Shown piece by piece: positions 48,776 through 50,285 of a stretch of DNA of 50,285 bases. The stretch lies in contig JBGPFC010000030.1 in the NCBI GenBank assembly GCA_041483195.1, forward strand, positions 1 to 50,285. The letters run 5' to 3'. A model generated the notes under the pieces. That model saw only the letters and a program-made list of their open reading frames with translations, did not search any database and was not told the origin of the DNA. Origin of the DNA: Candidatus Eiseniibacteriota bacterium. GTDB taxonomy: Bacteria; Eisenbacteria; RBG-16-71-46. Numbering within the stretch: position 1 is the stretch's first letter; the number at the start of each line of letters is the position of its first letter. The translations under genes and the position numbers were made by a program.

Positions 48776-49230
48776 CACGGATACGGGTACAGGCCGAAAG
48801 GCCTGAGTACAGCAGTTCGGAGCGGAGTCTCCTCAAGGGGAGAGGAACTCAAGACCGCAGGGTGGCCCGTGTGCAGTTCAGCACCTCCATCCGCACATGC
48901 CGGTCGCCCTCGGTCGGCTCCGAAGCAAGTGGTTGAACACGAAGCGAAGTCGGGCGGGAAGCCGCCCGGGGGCTCGTACCCTGAGGTTAGCCGCTGAAAC
49001 GAATTCAGCGGCCCAGCTCGAAAGGGGTGAGAGCAACTCAAGTCGGATCAGAGCAGTCTGGTGAGAAGTGAGTAGTGGTTCGCAGATCGACACAAAAAAA
49101 CCTAATACGCCCGGTCAACGAAGCCGGGAGAGCAGTGGGGTTCATCCCGGTCACTCCCTGTTCTCTCGGGAAGAGGCAGCCAGAGGTTACGGGAAGGAGA
49201 GTCCTTCCGTACCACTCTAGGCTGCCTTTT
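48776..49230 (+). ncRNA. Putative large structured ncRNA (~450 nt), family not recognised
   Basis: Starts at the predicted sigma54 TSS; at least 8 helices including a GAAA tetraloop and nested long-range pairings; ends in a stem plus TTTT; no convincing CDS. Confidence 0.65.
49174..49230 (+). terminator. Terminal stem/terminator of the putative ncRNA
   Basis: AGGCAGCC/GGCTGCCT enclosing TACGGGAAGGA/TCCTTCCGTA, followed by a T-run. Confidence 0.6.
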
Positions 49231-49316
49231 CGATTGTGGTCGCGAGGGCGCGCGCCGGCGCGCCGGACATTCCAGGCCGCCGGGCGCGGGGCGCATGGGG
49301 CGCGGGCCCGTCCTGC

Positions 49317-49345
49317 TTGACAGCCCATCGGCGGCTGACTATTTT
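49317..49345 (+). promoter_or_regulatory. Sigma70 promoter of the tRNA cluster
   Basis: TTGACA-N17-TATTTT. Confidence 0.65.
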
Positions 49346-49374
49346 GGCCTTGTTCCCCCGCGAGATACTGCTCC

Positions 49375-49447
49375 GCTGGCGTAGCTCAATTGGTAGAGCA
49401 TCTCATTTGTAATGAGGTGGTTGGGGGTTCGAGTCCCTTCGCCAGCT
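49375..49447 (+). tRNA. tRNA-Thr(TGT)
   Basis: Cloverleaf; anticodon loop TTTGTAA; TTCGAGT T-loop; CCA not encoded. Confidence 0.95.
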
Positions 49448-49492
49448 TGCTTACCCGCCGCCGAGCGGGATGATGGGTCGCCTGAATTTCGT

Positions 49493-49577
49493 GGAGGGGT
49501 TCCCGAGCGGTCAAAGGGAACAGACTGTAAATCTGTCGGCGAAGCCTTCGGAGGTTCGAATCCTCCCCCCTCCACCA
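49493..49577 (+). tRNA. tRNA-Tyr(GTA)
   Basis: Anticodon loop CTGTAAA; long variable arm; ends in CCA. Confidence 0.96.
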
Positions 49578-49601
49578 TCTTCAATTGTGGCAGCGATTTG
49601 A

Positions 49602-49677
49602 GCGGGAATAGCTCAGCGGCTAGAGCGTCAGCCTTCCAAGCTGAGGGTCGCGGGTTCGAATCCCGTTTCCCGCTCCA
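49602..49677 (+). tRNA. tRNA-Gly(TCC)
   Basis: Anticodon loop CTTCCAA; ends in CCA. Confidence 0.96.
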
Positions 49678-49770
49678 GCTTTGGCCTTCGCGGAAGGGCC
49701 GCGTCCCTCGGGGCGCCCGTTTTTCGGGCGTCCCGAATCTTTGAAATCTTTGTGAGGCCTCATTTTCACG

Positions 49771-49800
49771 TTGACACCCCCGGGCCCGGATTACTAAATT
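49771..49800 (+). promoter_or_regulatory. Internal sigma70 promoter for tRNA-Thr and tuf
   Basis: TTGACA-N18-TAAATT after a hairpin-rich spacer. Confidence 0.5.
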
Positions 49801-49968
49801 GCGTTGCTCGTGCATCTCACCGACGACTTTCGAGCGAAGAAAGCCGGCTCGGGAGAGTGCGTCTTGGTAGCCTGGGACGCTGAGCCACGTCATCACCGTC
49901 CGGTAGGGCACTCCTGAAACTTGCGCTGCGGAACATGTGCCGCCGGTCCGGACGCCCCGGTCGATTCA

Positions 49969-50044
49969 GCCCACGTAGCTCAGTCGGTAGAGCATTTGCA
50001 TGGTAAGCAAAAGGTCAGCGGTTCGATTCCGCTCGTGGGCTCCA
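49969..50044 (+). tRNA. tRNA-Thr(GGT)
   Basis: Anticodon loop ATGGTAA; ends in CCA. Confidence 0.95.
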
Positions 50045-50144
50045 CTTCGCTTGCGCTCGCGTCGCCCGGGAGAACAGGTCGCCACGCTGAAGTGATCGTC
50101 GCTGGATTCACGCAGACCGCAGGACGCCAACAGGAGCCTCGCAG

Positions 50145-50285
50145 ATGGCCAAGCAGAAATACGAGCGCACGAAGCCGCACGTGAACGTGGGGACGATCGG
50201 GCACGTGGATCACGGGAAGACGACGCTGACGGCGGCGATCACGATGGTGTTGTCGCAGAAGAACCCGAAGATCGCGGTGCGGGAC
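50145..50285 (+). CDS. tuf: Elongation factor Tu (5' partial)
   Basis: [41 protein letters not shown]; follows the Thr-Tyr-Gly-Thr tRNAs. Confidence 0.97.
   Translation, partial: MAKQKYERTKPHVNVGTIGHVDHGKTTLTAAITMVLSQKNPKIAVRD

Noticed and set aside
48776..49230. RNase P RNA, tmRNA or SRP RNA
   Set aside because: No GAGGAAAGTCC/P4 motif, no tRNA-like ends with CCA, and no SRP helix-8 motif seen. An Rfam search is still needed.
48542..49328. Short ORFs overlapping the putative ncRNA
   Set aside because: No convincing RBS, atypical composition, mutually overlapping on both strands, and no recognisable motifs.
49969..50044. Unusual A32 in tRNA-Thr(GGT)
   Set aside because: An ATGGTAA loop occurs in other bacterial tRNA-Thr(GGT) genes, so it is not novel.
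49339..50213. ORFs across the tRNA cluster
   Set aside because: They overlap four clear tRNA genes and the true tuf frame.
1..50285. CRISPR array, prophage or integron
   Set aside because: No regularly spaced direct repeats, cas genes, integrase or phage structural genes seen.

Overview
A very GC-rich bacterial chromosome segment. The secreted protein with a C-terminal FlgD-Ig-like sorting domain and the overall gene content resemble Ca. Eisenbacteria or related FCB-group lineages; this is inference only. Most of the window is housekeeping: rpmE-DUF1385-prfA-prmC, murA, selB, yicC-gmk-rpoZ-coaBC-udg-dnaB (with a mini-intein)-mlaEFD, radA-ispD-ispF-gltX-ddl-M42-mscS-cysS, and the tRNA Thr/Tyr/Gly/Thr-tuf cluster. 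Two accessory modules stand out. (1) 45.4-49.2 kb: a small secreted Gly/Pro-rich protein, a TPR-sensor sigma54 enhancer-binding protein, palindromic enhancer-like sites, a correctly spaced -24/-12 sigma54 promoter, and a highly structured ~450-nt non-coding transcript ending in a terminator. This is a candidate peptide-sensing, sigma54-driven large ncRNA system. (2) 11.97-12.78 kb: a promoter, a short structured RNA, a terminator and a NYN/PIN ribonuclease with a zinc ribbon, an architecture resembling RNA-antitoxin (type III-like) systems. Also present are an HNH nuclease islet, an RND pair, a PadR pair, two GT-C-like TPR membrane proteins and an IS1-like zinc-ribbon ORF cut by the left edge.
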